From Mytilus edulis (Eukaryota): DNA of 64,000 nt. Shown in pieces: positions 36,658-49,287 of the stretch; position 1 is the first letter of the stretch; every line of letters begins with the position of its first letter. Below the pieces are notes generated by a model. The model ran no database searches, was not told where the DNA came from, and worked only from the letters and a program-made list of their open reading frames with translations. Location: the NCBI RefSeq assembly GCF_963676685.1, contig NC_092345.1, positions 75,950,001 through 76,014,000 of the forward strand, given 5' to 3'. A program made the position numbers and the translations under genes.

Positions 36658-39560
36658 AAAAGCGGGACGAAAGATACCAGAAGAACAGTCACACTCACAA
36701 ATCGAAAATAAACTGACAACGTCATGGCTAAACATGAAAAAGACAAACAGACAAACAATATAGTTCACATGACATAACATATGTACATAGCAAGGGGGGT
36801 TCGGGAGGTTCGGACGACCCCCCCCCCCCCTTGAAAACAAATAAGCACTGTTAAAATCAATGTTCTGTTCGAATTGTGACTGTTAAAGTCGAGTTCGTGA
36901 GTGCAAATACCCCCCACCCCACCCCTGAAAATTCCTGGCTACGGGCCTGATATACAATTAAAGAATAAGCAACGCGAACCCCAACAAAAACTTGGGGTGA
37001 TCTCAGGTGCTCCGGAAGGGTAAGCAGATCCTGCTCCACATGTGGCACCCGTCGTGTTGCTCATGTTCTAACAAATCCGGTATATAGTCTTATTCGGTAG
37101 GTCACATTCATAAAAGAAAAGGGGATTGTAGTTACAACGTAAGGAACATATCAGATATCATCTGTGAAACGGTTATTCCATAACGGTCAACCAACTCGTT
37201 ATGGCGGCCGTAAAATTTATGAAGGGATGATTTCAACTTCACCATTTGCAACTCTTGGTTAAATAACTTCCTTGTGAGCAGCAATTCTATATCAAGAAAA
37301 TCATGATAGGAAATACAAGCACGAGAATATCGTATCAATTGGGAGATAAATATCCCATATGCAGGTGCTGCTGGAATATTGCTTCTTAGAAATGAAAATT
37401 TCACAATTAGAAAGCTGAAATCATCTCTTTTGTCGTAAAGTTTTGTTTTCAACCGACCCTCATTGTCAATTTCTAGGTGTAAGTCAAGATATGAGGTCGA
37501 CTTAACTGTATCTGTTTTTATCCCTTTTCTCTAGTTCGATTGGATAGATGCGTTCAACATAGTCACCAACTTTTCAATTATTTAGGGAGAGAACATCATC
37601 TATATAGCGGAAAGTAAAGTTAAAGGATATAGCTAACTTCTTATCTTTTTTCCTAAGAAGTTCCTGTATGAAGTAAGCCTAATAATACATTCTGTAATAA
37701 TAAAGGAACAAGTCGACAAGAAGGACACAATTGGTTCCCATTGAAATGCCCAAAAGTCTGTTGAAAAACACGTCCTCCGAACGTTTGAATCAGAGTGATC
37801 CTTTACAAAGTAGGATTTACCCCTCCCTAAGACAAGACACTTGTATCTACGTTGGCCATTCTTTTTTTATGAAACAACAAACTCTTTAGATTTGTCTCTT
37901 AGTTTAGTTTGGAATGTGGAATACTTGTGTAAAGTGTAGAAAAGTCAAATGTTTTAATACTATTGCAAGATGAAAGAGAGTTAGATTGTATGTACTCTAA
38001 AAGATCTTTGGAAGTTTTTAGTATCCACATCTAATTCAAGCCACCTCTAGAATAGTTTCACAAGAACTTTAATTTGAATCAAGGCTTTGATTGTTGATAA
38101 AATAGATGTTAATAATTTAAAAAGAGGTTTCGTGGAGCACTTGGAAGACCCAGCAATATACATTTTTTTAACGGACATTCGTAGTTTAGGTATCCAATAC
38201 AGTGATGGAAGATCCAGTTCTTCATCTTTGGTTGAAATTCCAAAGGAACATATAGCAGACCTATGATTATCCAGGATTTCCTATTTGGTAAGTGTCGTGA
38301 GGGTATATGTTGAGTTTTCCAAGTTGCCAATACCTAATTTGTTTATCAAGCAGTTAATGTAATGAGTTTAACACACAAAAGCAATGTTGTTTGGGTCTTT
38401 ATCTGCGGGGAAAATAACATATTTGTCATGGAGGTAGGGTAAGTGTTTTGCAACATTTGGGTCTTCAAAGATTGACGTAGCATGGGCATTGATAGACCCA
38501 TTCAGTTTCTTAATTCTGATTTGTATCAACGACCTCACAGCCTTAATCCATTCGGAAAGAGTGTCTACGTCTTCCTTCTCGCGTTTAGTTCATTGCCTGG
38601 CATATTCCTCGACTGAGTCTATCAAAATTTTGAAGTTGTTTTTCCAATGGATGGATTTAGGCTCTAGATATTTCGAACCTTTCGATAAAACATTTCGCAG
38701 GGAAGTGTTATTGACAATGTTGAGGTCACAGGTAATAACGTGGCCAGCTGGATTATATGTGATTTGGGAACTAGCACAAGTGCAATCAGGAGGTTTAGAC
38801 TTGAAGTCGTCAATATTGATATCCTGCAAAACGTGTTTGTAATTGAAAATCGCTGCAATAGGTTTGTTATAGGTATGAGAAATGATTGGTACTGCCTAAC
38901 CTTTGAAATAAGGAGGTATTTTCGACTGAACTTATTTATGATGAAGGATATTGCCTAAGTTGATGGCATCGAGACCTTTGTTGGCAAAGGAAATATTAAA
39001 AAAATATCTTTCCCCTTTTTAATCTTTTCCAATGCGAACGGGTTTGAAAAGTCTGTGACTTGCAATATCTGAAATAATAGCTGTAAGTTTGTATTTGTTT
39101 GCATGAGGGTTTGTAACAGTGGTTTCAAAACATAAATTGAAAAGAGAACGAAGTTTTGAAAGGGTAAATGAATTAAGTTTCGTGCGAATATGATGAACAC
39201 ATAACGGCTTTTGTATAAATGGCAGCAAGTCATTAATAGATACATCATGTAAAGTAGGTGATCTATAATGACAATGACCATGACTTCGTGTACGTCGAGG
39301 ATTAGAGTTGAAAATATTCATCACATTCACCGAGCTACACGAAGAACTAGATAGAATACCTATACCATCAATTTTGTTATTGCAACCATATGGTGTCGCA
39401 GTTCCCAATTGTCTAATCCCGAAGTCCTCTTTTTGTGTACGGAAAGGCGTTGCAAGATGAGGATTGATAGTGCTGTAACATATTTTTTCGATTGTGCGAA
39501 TTGTCATAGAAACGATTGGATAAACAAACAAACGGATAAAGGAATTTCTCACGAACAGAA
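36658..39560 (-). mobile_element. Decayed Naiad-type Penelope-like retroelement (GIY-YIG, CxC linker, RT)
   Basis: On the minus strand, in order: GIY-YIG C-terminal half (IRTIEKI...KEDFGIRQLGTATPYGCNN, 39552-39019); CxC linker (KPPDCTCASS...GHVITCDL...LRNVLSKG, 38829-38590); RT motifs FDFSTLYTSIPH, MGTN and TFRYIDDVL (~37950-37590); C-terminus [11 protein letters not shown]...SNIPAAPAYG..ISQLIRYSRAC (37452-37132). Many frameshifts and stops. The 3' tail is interrupted by a short GC-rich MITE at ~36780-36950. Confidence 0.85.
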
Positions 39561-39589
39561 CTCAAGTCCATCAAAGGGAATGCCTATAC

Positions 39590-40040
39590 AATATTAGTTA
39601 GACCGCAAATTGAATACGTCATGCCAGTATGGGACTTATATTAGCTAAACCACATATATGAAATGGAAAAGTTACAAATACGAGCTGCACGATATGTAAA
39701 TAGCAGACAGAGAAATAAATCAAATGTCAGCAACATGATAACTGCATTAGGATGGAAAAGCTTACAAACAAGACGAAAATAATGCCGACTCATCATATCA
39801 TGTGTTACAAAATAACAAACGATCTTGTAGCCATAGACAAGAATAAATATATAAAAAACCATCAAGAAGTTCAAACCGCAGAGGACAACATACTTGCTTA
39901 TTACAGCCAGTCGCCAAAGAATGTAAGAAATGGTCCTTGTTAAACACTGTTAAGGATTGGAACAAACTGCCACCAGATGCCACCACAACAAAGTCTCTTG
40001 AGATATTCAAGTCTCAAGTTACCAAAATCAAAAACTAAAT
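39590..40040 (+). mobile_element. Old LINE ORF2 3' fragment
   Basis: Degenerate LVRPQIEY...VWD...EKLQIRAARYV...LGWKSLQTRR...WNKLP, with frameshifts. Confidence 0.6.
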
Positions 40041-40122
40041 CATTAGAACAATTTGTTTTATCCTGTTTTAATCTGTTGTTAATCATGTGTAGCTTGCCAG
40101 AATATAAATCATATTGAATGTG

Positions 40123-40276
40123 NNNNNNNNNNNNNNNNNNNNNNNNNNNNNNNNNNNNNNNNNNNNNNNNNNNNNNNNNNNNNNNNNNNNNNNNNNNNNN
40201 NNNNNNNNNNNNNNNNNNNNNNNNNNNNNNNNNNNNNNNNNNNNNNNNNNNNNNNNNNNNNNNNNNNNNNNNNNNN
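40123..40276. other. Assembly gap (N run)
   Basis: Run of N characters. Confidence 0.99.
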
Positions 40277-42435
40277 CAATTGTTTGGGTACTTGCTTTCA
40301 TTAAACGCTATGTATCTACCTAATCGAATTCTTGCAGATAGTTAAATCGTGTAAACTCAAAACATTCTATCACTTCTTCAATTAACTACAGGTATTTTCT
40401 TAAATAGAAGATGATTAAATCTGATGTTTAGTTATAGACCTATCACTTGTTTGACAGTCTCATGAAATCTGTTATATTGAAAATGATGTGTGAACAAAAC
40501 AAACAGACAGATATTAGAGGTAAAAGTGTCATAAATAGGAATACATTAATCTTAATCACTATAAAACAAGTAAACTATGAACAGACAAGGCATATATAGA
40601 CAAAGCACCTAAGCAAAACCAAAAGACAAAAGTAATTTACTATAGCACAATTACAGGATGTACAAGAAATGAGCCAAGTCAAATGGATATCACCAAAACA
40701 GAATAAACAGTAAAAGTAATAGTATACAAAGACAAATAAAAGAATACTATATAACAAGTTATTAAGAAGAAAAACAACGTCAATACGTTGAATCTATATT
40801 ACAAAAGATCATCGTGTCACAGTTAGTCAACTCCCTGTATTCTATTATTTCAATAAACTAGAGACAAGATAGTAATAATTGTATGCAACCGATACAGTCG
40901 TGTCTCAGTTGATCGATTGTATCGATTATATTACTGTAATTAACTAGGGGCATCAATCGAATTCAATCGATACGATTCTGTCAACTCATTCGATTCTATA
41001 ACTGCAATTTACTTGGTGCACGATCGTATTCAATCGATACGAGTGTGCCACAGTTGATAGACTCAATCGAGTTTATAACCTTCTTCTTTGAAATGAAATA
41101 GAACGAACTAATTGAGTGGTTTTTTTCTGTTTCTGTATTTTGATGTATTTGGAAGAGTTAATTGCAACGGCAGTTGATGTTAAGTTTTCTTTTGGTGGTG
41201 TTGATAGTAATAATCGTGCCTTCCATTTAAAGGAAAAGTTAATTGAATCGACAGCCGAACATTGAATCAATATCAATCGTATCAATTATAACGTTTCGAT
41301 TAGACGTGAGAACTAAAATCAAAATTTTAATCAGACGTTTTATCGAATGCACAACATGTAAATGTATTAACCATCTTTAGATAAAACTATTGGAATAAAA
41401 GTTTAACCGGAGAACAAATTTCCTGTGCGTAATTGTGTTAAAATAGCTTTCCGTTCATTCATACTATCTGTTATGAATGTTCAATGAGCCACTCTGCTCT
41501 ATTCTTATTAGCATTTATCTGGAGTAATAGGAAGCAATGACGACATTTAGAATGATTTTCTTTAAGAATTAGTTTATCAGCCATAACCTGGATCTGTTAA
41601 TGATGCTTTCAAATGATATGCTCGAGTTAAAACTGTGGTGTTTATCATGAGGACCGGTAGTAAGTGTTGAATTGGTTAAATGTCGGAAATATTTATCTTA
41701 TTAGATCTCTCAAATCATAAGGTAAGGTAGTATGTGTAGAATTTGTTAAATTTCGGATACTTTTATACTTATTTTAATTCGCTATCTTCATGAGGTAATG
41801 TAGTATGTGTAGAATGAATTGGTTGAATATCGCATATACTCGTACTTATCTAAATTTACTATCTTCATGAGGTAAGATATTATATGTAGGATTAGTTAAA
41901 ATTAATGTCGAATATACTTATTTAAGTTCATTATCATTTGTATGAGTAAAGATTCTTATTTACTTGATTTACTTCGTTTTATATATGATACACAAGACTT
42001 CAAAGTCTTATGGTAATGAAAAAATAAGATGCTAGCATATTTTAGACACTCTTAAATATAAATGTTAAATACCAAGGGAGACCTTTAAAACTTACGAATC
42101 GAAGAGAAACTTATAATGCCATGGTAATACACGAAAATGTAGGCAAATCCGGCCCCACTTTTTGCTCCTGGTAAGTTCGAATTTGGATGTTAAGTTCCAC
42201 TCCGTGCTGTCACAATTGAGGAATAGAGGACGGGATTGTGGTAATAGCAATTGAAACATATCCATTGTCATCTGTGACGCCGGTATTCTATAACGGTCGG
42301 TCAATCAACTCGTGAAGACGGTCGTGAAACCTTTGATGGTATTATAAAAATACCAATGCAAAAATCTATCAATATTACACATTAAGTTTACCTAATAACC
42401 ATGTTTTTCTAATTTTGTTTTCAGCCTGGTACAGA

Positions 42436-43680
42436 ATGAGCAATAATAAAAGTTACACGAACAATGATGCTATGAACGCATTGAACACAACATTTTTTAA
42501 CAAAGATATCATTCTTTGGATTTACAACGAAACTCATCTTCAAAGGCGTCTTCCAGCTATGATTTTGTCTGGATTTCTAATGCTGGTCGGTATTATAGGT
42601 AACACACTTGTTGTATATGCCTACGGAATGAAGTTCAAGAAATCATCAGCTAACTTTTTCATATGTTCCCTAGGAGTAATAGATCTAACATGTTGTGTTT
42701 TAAGCATTCCTTTCGAGATATTTACGTTGCGCTTCCATTATGTAAATTTCAATACAGTAGCCTGCAAATTGTTTCGAGGAGTTGGAATGGCTGTTTATAT
42801 TGCAGAAGGATTCATGCTTGTATTCATCGCTTTCGACAGGTATTACAAAGTTTGCAGACCATTAAAAGTAAGCTACATGTCAAAATCAACTACTCATCTC
42901 AGTATAATCGTCGGTCTAGGACTGATATTTGGATGGCCGGCAGTATTTGTGTTTGGTGAACATTCCACAGAGACAACTTTTCCTGACATTCATGGTAAAT
43001 CCTGTATGGTAGACGATAACCTTAAAACTACAATATATCCTACCTTGTTTTTCTGCAATCTTCTTCTTATTTTTATTGTATGTTTCAGTTTAATTTTAAT
43101 ACTGTATGGGCAAATATTCTATTCAATTCTGAAGTGGAAAAAAGAACGGGATATTTTGAAGATGAAATATGCAAGACCAGAAATTGGACTTAATCGCAAT
43201 TCGTCTAGTTCAAGTTTAAGCTCATACACTTTGTCGGCATTATACAGTCGGAAAGTAGAGTATCATATAAATTTACAGTTAAATAATGATAACAATAGAC
43301 AATGTGAAAAAACCGCTAGATCTTACTTACGTTTCAGTTTTTTAGAAAACTTTAATACTTCTATAAATCGGATTCAAACCGTCAATATGAAGATAGTTTC
43401 AAGAAATCATAAGAACACTCGAATGGTGAAAACAACTCTTATATGTGTAACAGTTACCGTTACGTTTATCTTGAGCTACGTACCTTACCTAACGTTACAA
43501 ATCTTACTTAAATCCAACCAACTTAAAGAGGAAAGCGAGAGTATACTATTACATCAAATGATAGAGGTGGCAGCCAAGAGTTACTGCATCAATAACGCAT
43601 CAAACGCTATCATTTATAGCATTTTTAATCCAAAGTTCAGACAGTGTTGTAAAGAAATGCTTTATCCAGTAAAAAAATGA
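42436..43680 (+). CDS. Class A (rhodopsin-like) GPCR, peptide-receptor-like orphan, single coding exon, 414 aa
   Basis: Seven hydrophobic segments. TM1 GIIGNTLV, TM2 LGVIDL, TM3 CKL...AFDRYYKVCRPL, ECL2 Cys, TM6 FILSYVPY, TM7 NNASNAIIY followed by NPKFR. N-glycosylation sequons in the N-terminus. Splice acceptor TTTTGTTTTCAG at 42424 precedes the ATG at 42436. Confidence 0.9.
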   Translation: MSNNKSYTNNDAMNALNTTFFNKDIILWIYNETHLQRRLPAMILSGFLMLVGIIGNTLVVYAYGMKFKKSSANFFICSLGVIDLTCCVLSIPFEIFTLRFHYVNFNTVACKLFRGVGMAVYIAEGFMLVFIAFDRYYKVCRPLKVSYMSKSTTHLSIIVGLGLIFGWPAVFVFGEHSTETTFPDIHGKSCMVDDNLKTTIYPTLFFCNLLLIFIVCFSLILILYGQIFYSILKWKKERDILKMKYARPEIGLNRNSSSSSLSSYTLSALYSRKVEYHINLQLNNDNNRQCEKTARSYLRFSFLENFNTSINRIQTVNMKIVSRNHKNTRMVKTTLICVTVTVTFILSYVPYLTLQILLKSNQLKEESESILLHQMIEVAAKSYCINNASNAIIYSIFNPKFRQCCKEMLYPVKK

Positions 43681-44414
43681 AATTATTGTATAGTTTGAAT
43701 AAACTGTATTTATATTGTAAACTCATTTAAGTATATGTTGTTATACATCGTGTATATTGATTTTCTTAGCTTTTCTTACATTTTGTTTTCGGTTAATCGA
43801 TTTATGACTATTGAACAGCGGTATTCTACTGTTGCCTTAGTTTCATATACACGCACCTCAATGCTAGGGAATGGAACAAAACTGGATCCCTTTAATAATT
43901 GCATATTTCCAAAAATTGAATAAGAGATACAAAAGCATCATAACAACCTTGAAACTTTGAAATTAATAGTTAAAAACTCAATTATAAAAAAAACACCAAC
44001 CAAATATAAACAATCAACAAGATCATGCAAACATTGTAACTTTTATAACACACGATGAAGCCAAATATGATGTTTATATAACATATAATAAATTGGATGA
44101 TAAAACTGTACTACCGAGAAGTATGTATGATGCATCTGCTTGAAAGCAACCAGACTAGACACTATTGCTTGCGAAGACTAAAACAAATGGTTTCACTTCA
44201 CTACCATTTGTCTTACAAGATCTGATGCAAATAAGGCACACGAATTTTTGAATTAATAAAAGTGATCAGGTAAATTCTTCTATTTCCATATATGTCTGGG
44301 AAATTGAAATATATACACAAGTGAATAGAAAAACATCTACAACCATAATATGCAGGTCATTGTGACTTTAAAATCATTATAAATAATTTTGGAGAAGTAT
44401 CTAAAACATTATGG

Positions 44415-44712
44415 AAAGCCATTGTGTAGTGGTTAGGTTTTATTGACTGGATTTTCGTCTGTCCATTGACACCTTTTGCGAGTTTGTTCTTGAAAAACGA
44501 TGATAGTCGGTCGGAAGGATACGATAAATGACTGACCCGTGTTAAGAGAGAGCAATATCTCTAGCACGTGAAAAACACCCTTGTAGTTAATGAAAAAGAG
44601 CAGGCTAACGCCGCTTCATTTACTAGGCAGCACTCGCACCAGCAAGGTGGAAAGGGATTAATATAAGTTTTAATAATTTGTTTCCCAGTTAACTATGTAT
44701 AGATATGTTTAA
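44415..44712 (+). mobile_element. SINE-like element with Meta-domain-like core
   Basis: A-box-like GTGTAGTGGTT at the 5' end and a central CGATAAATGACTGACCCGTG...GCACGTGAAAAACACCC resembling the Meta-SINE domain. Recognised from memory, not aligned. Confidence 0.45.
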
Positions 44713-44879
44713 AAAATTTAAAATATCTAAATTATCTTTGAATTATTTCCTTATGTTTCTGAGAAATTGATGCAAACATAAAACTTCACAAAGGACATTA
44801 AAATGAAATTTTACCTAAGAGCATCTTTTTTTAATTTAAACGACACTGTTGCATCTGTTGTCAAGCTTATATTTAGGCA

Positions 44880-45800
44880 ACTGGACCAAGAACACTTATT
44901 GCATGGCCACAATTTGCTCTCAGTGTATAAATGCATCATCACTTGGGACCAAGGTTTTTGTTGAACACTTTGAACACTGATTCGCTTAGAGGTAGAATTG
45001 TTTCTTCTTACACAGTGGTTCAAATATTTCAACTACATGCTGCTGCTCATGACAGAACGGACAAACGTATTGGGGATGACAATTTCATTATAAAGCTGAT
45101 AACATAGACCATAATCTGCTTTGGATAGTCATGGAGCATATCATAGTATGGGCATGATTATAGCTCTAACTCTAGGATTAAGACTTGAGAAAGCTGTCCA
45201 AAGGATGTCTCCGACACTAGAGGAAGTCCCAGAACTAGCGAAGACAAACATAGGTTATTGTAAAAGAGGGGCAAAAGATACCAGAAGGAAAGTCAATTAT
45301 CATAAGATACAATCAACACAGTCGTTGCAGTCAGAGTTCAAAATCATAGTTTATGAGCCGAATATGGTCGATACAACGTGATAATCAATGATTTCCAAGG
45401 AAAGTCATCTGTTGTTTTTGCAAAAGAAAAACATGTATTCTAGTGATCTCGCATGTATAAATTCCACTCTTAACTCATAAACAAGCATGCAAAAGCTCAA
45501 TAGTGTTCACCTGTGTTGAAATTTGATCAACCCCTCTATTGGAAAGCAAATGCATATTTATATATAAAAGTTAAACCATTTAAAGTCCTTTAACTTTTAA
45601 ATTAGTTATATTGAGAATTGGCGGTTTTAATTTCGAAATGAGTTTTGTAGGCGGTATTGGTTACTTAATGGAAAGATATATTTTTAATGAACAACAGTGT
45701 ATACACCGAATGCAGTAACTCATTGACAAGTGAATAGGCAAGCTATTGCACATGCAGTTAGAACACATCTCCTAATAGACACAGCTCTCACGACAATTAT
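44880..45800 (+). pseudogene. Degenerate Academ-like DNA transposase relic
   Basis: Frameshifted segments, in order: MHHHLGPRFLLNTL; ADNIDHN...DSHGAYHSMGMIIA; VILRIGGF.FEMSFVGGIGYLME; YTPNAVTH...AIAHAVRTHLLIDTAL. These resemble conserved Academ transposase blocks as I recall them. Confidence 0.6.
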
Positions 45801-46169
45801 CTTGTAACATTATACGGCATTTTTCAAAACAATAATTTCGTCACTCATCAAGAAGGTTTCTAAGGTTTTTAATTGAACACTGCGAGCGTTCATACTTATA
45901 TTTTACAACCAGTCTTTCAGGCTCTGTGTTGTCTCCTTAAGCGCTAATTTGGTTGATGTTTTTCTCTTTTTTTTGTGCTTTAAGGTCATACTTTTTACAC
46001 AATATTTTGATATTCTCGTCCGTTTTTGATCTAAAAATCGACATCTGTGTTAATCTTATTATTCACAACACAATTGTCAGCTACAGGGAGAAAGAAAAAA
46101 AAAAAATAAAAGAATGCTTCTAACACTTGATATACCATGTGGCAATACGAGGACCACAAGTAAATATAG

Positions 46170-46289
46170 AATAAAGGACTTTTTGTTTTTGATACTGACT
46201 TTATCACAGTAAAATAGCAGGTGAGCCCGAAGGGCGAGCCTGATATTTTCTGTGATAAAGTCAGTATCAAAAACAAAAAGTCCTTTATT
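46170..46289. repeat. 120-bp palindrome (perfect 40-bp arms around an inner GCCC-GAA-GGGC hairpin)
   Basis: 46170-46209 is the exact reverse complement of 46250-46289. Confidence 0.92.
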
Positions 46290-49243
46290 TTGTTTGTCGG
46301 TAATTAAAAAAAAAATTAAAATCACTACAATAATAGAGAAAATAACAAACGAACGTCATTTGAAATTTTGTCACAGTGCAGTAAACATGGCGGTCTCTTG
46401 CCAAAAGTATTGAAAAGGAATTATTGCAAGTGTTTCATTAATATTCTGCTTTGAACATGACTCTAACAATGGCAAATATAATGGTAGCATACCATTCTGG
46501 GAAGTTTTACATTCCTACCTAAGAGTCTACTCCCGTACTATTCGGAAGAAGAAGGATACCGGTAAGTCAAATTTCTTTATTTTTCACAAAGCATCAACAT
46601 AGAGGGGGGATAGGAGGGGTTTTAATCCCGAAATCCCGAGTTTACAAACAAGAAATCGCGAGGTCCCGAATTTAAATAAAGTAAATCCCGACATCCTAAA
46701 ATCACGACTAAGTTATTTCAGTAAAAATTTAAAGGCCCTGTGGTTACCTTTAATTTCAAAAGCGAATTTAGGGGTAGGCGACGCGCGTCACAGTCACCCC
46801 TTATAAAGGCTACAATTCTGGTCAGAGCAGACCTTTATACATGTAGTTTTGTGCCCCTCGGTTACCCCTCTTTTTAAAATTTATCCTAGATCCGCATATG
46901 AATAAGTTATAACTTTTTTGTTCTTTGTTATATGAATATCTGTCTTTAAATTGACAATGAAACCACATCTTTTAAAATTGTATATGATGGTCCCACACAA
47001 ATGTCGAAAATGCGTAAATTTCATGTTTTTCTAGCTTCTCTCATGCAATGGCGGTACCTTTTTTGGTCATTATTTATGTGTTGCGTTTAAATATGAATTG
47101 TAACACTTTACAGTGACTGAACAGGTAAAACAAATACTTCTCAGGAAACAGAAAAAGAAAACTACTTGGAACTGCCACCAGGCTACAATGCTATATATTG
47201 GTATTGTATGAATAAAAACTCGGATTGGAACATCATGGACGATATGTTAGTTGTACTTCATATATCAATTATAGATAACGCATTTTTTTTAAAAAGTATA
47301 TATATATATATATATATCTACTTTTTCATGCATATTCTGTTCACATTTTAACAACAATCGTTCAAAAAGGCTAAACAAACTTTGTGAAAGTTTCAAACAA
47401 TGTCATTGTCAAGTGTTTCATTCGCTAAAAATCTAGTGCATTTCTGCGAAAAAAATCACGCCCAATTTTATGAATGAAAGGGGAAAGTAGATCCTTACGC
47501 GTTGCATTCGCGCATGTCATTTGCGTACTAACCCAATAATTTTCATATCACGGCCAGTCCACTGATACTGACATTATCAGCGAGTACACATCAAAGGAAA
47601 AGTGTACAAATTACCGATAAAATAATTATATTAGCATATTAGGATGAATCGATCATCTGAAGTAGATATTTCACTAAGTCTTGATGTACAAGCCACAGAA
47701 TATTCCTTGGACATAATAGCTAATCAAGAATCTGCTAAACAATCTTCACCTCACCCCATGTACAAAGGTGGATGAACACACACTTGATAAGTTTTACTTT
47801 CTGAGGAAGGAAAAGGCCATTATCGTTATGTCATCATTATTGTTTCACAGGTTCTGTTTCAGCGCTTTCTTTGTTGATGCGTCAAATAGCTTATATTAAG
47901 ATTAGTCCGAAATATTTACTTTGAACTATGTAGTCATCTCAGTTCAATGTTTGATCAAAATGTCCTCATGCAAGCAGCACAAAAGTCTAGTCTTGCAGTT
48001 TTGGCTAGAATGACTCGACTTTATGTCACATTTGTGACTTGCATTATTCATACAGTAGGTTGGTTCAAGGTGGTCTTTTCGTCAAAATCTTTTAATATCA
48101 ATGGCATCTATTTATCTATTTAAAAAAACCATTATTTTATTAAATGCTTATTGTATATCTGTTACAAACGAATACGAGAGTCTTTCGTGTGTTCATTTCG
48201 GTGGTACCAAGCATCTTGACCAAAATGCATTTGGCCCATTGAATTTTCATAAAACTTTGACAAGATATTTACTTTGAACAAAAATACAAAAAAATCAAAA
48301 AAATTGTACCACAGACTTAAGTGGAAAAAATCATGGGGTATATAGCTGTTTGTCAAATACTTATTTTAATCATTTAGAAGCTTGAGACATCCTTAACAAT
48401 AATACCTGAGAAAAATGTTCAGCTGATTGATCTTTTTTACACAGTAATCTTACTGAAGTGTTATGCACTACATTAAAAGATTTTTTTTATCTTATGGTGT
48501 TTAACAAGAGTGATTTATATATTAGATTAAGGCAACAGTTGTATATCGCTGTTCAATAGTCAAAAAATGTTTAATAAAAAAATTTAAAAAATTTAAAAAA
48601 AATGTGTTTAACTAAACTGTTTTAGCGAATGGGATATTGACATAAAAAGGACAAGTAGTTCACACACTATAAACATTTTGAAGAAGGATTATGTGTAAAA
48701 TAAATGTATGTGCACTGATAAAGAAATACAATCTGCGGTGAGTATAATACTTTTACAAAAAAAGTATTGCAATCATGTATAATGTAATATTTTTTGCCGC
48801 AAGTTTATTGTTTTCTGTTTGGTAATAAATTAATATTAAAATCCATTTTGTAAGATCTTGTGATCAATTTATTTGGCAATCGTCAATGGCAGTCAGCAGG
48901 GTTTAAGAACATCAGTTGTTCGACCTGTTAGTCAAATGCATTTTGTTAAAATTTTGTTTTTAACTTTTTTAGGTCTTTTGGAAAATGTTGTTTGTGCCGT
49001 AATTAGACCCCTCTAATAACGAAATTTGTTTTAAATGCCACGTATAAAAATTGTGGCTTTTATCCTATGTTTGAACGTTGTTTTCAATTTAGACTTGTTT
49101 ATATATTTTTTCGTTTTGGCTTGTATTATATTTTCCCTCAGGATAATATAATCCCTTCATCCTATCTCGACTCTTTAAAATTCAAGAGTCTTTCCTAAAT
49201 TGAGGTAAATTATATGATCTTCCAAATACCGTTTCGATCCCAA

Positions 49244-49287
49244 ACATCACTGAAGAGACATTTATTGTCGAAATCCGCATATGATGT
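49244..49287 (+). ncRNA. Type I hammerhead ribozyme (canonical core)
   Basis: Stem I ACATCA/TGATGT; core CTGAAGA (49250-49256); stem II GACA-TTTAT-TGTC; GAAA (49270-49273); minimal stem III AT-CCGC-AT; cleavage triplet ATA, with predicted cut after 49281. Confidence 0.85.

Noticed and set aside
38330-38620. In-frame TGA in the Naiad ORF as possible selenocysteine
   Set aside because: The TGA at ~38590 (YARQ*TKRE) is most simply a TGG->TGA decay mutation. TAA stops and frameshifts occur nearby and I could not identify a SECIS element.
40800-41950. Degenerate ~60-75-bp tandem-like repeats upstream of the GPCR
   Set aside because: Too decayed to define units or termini reliably by eye.
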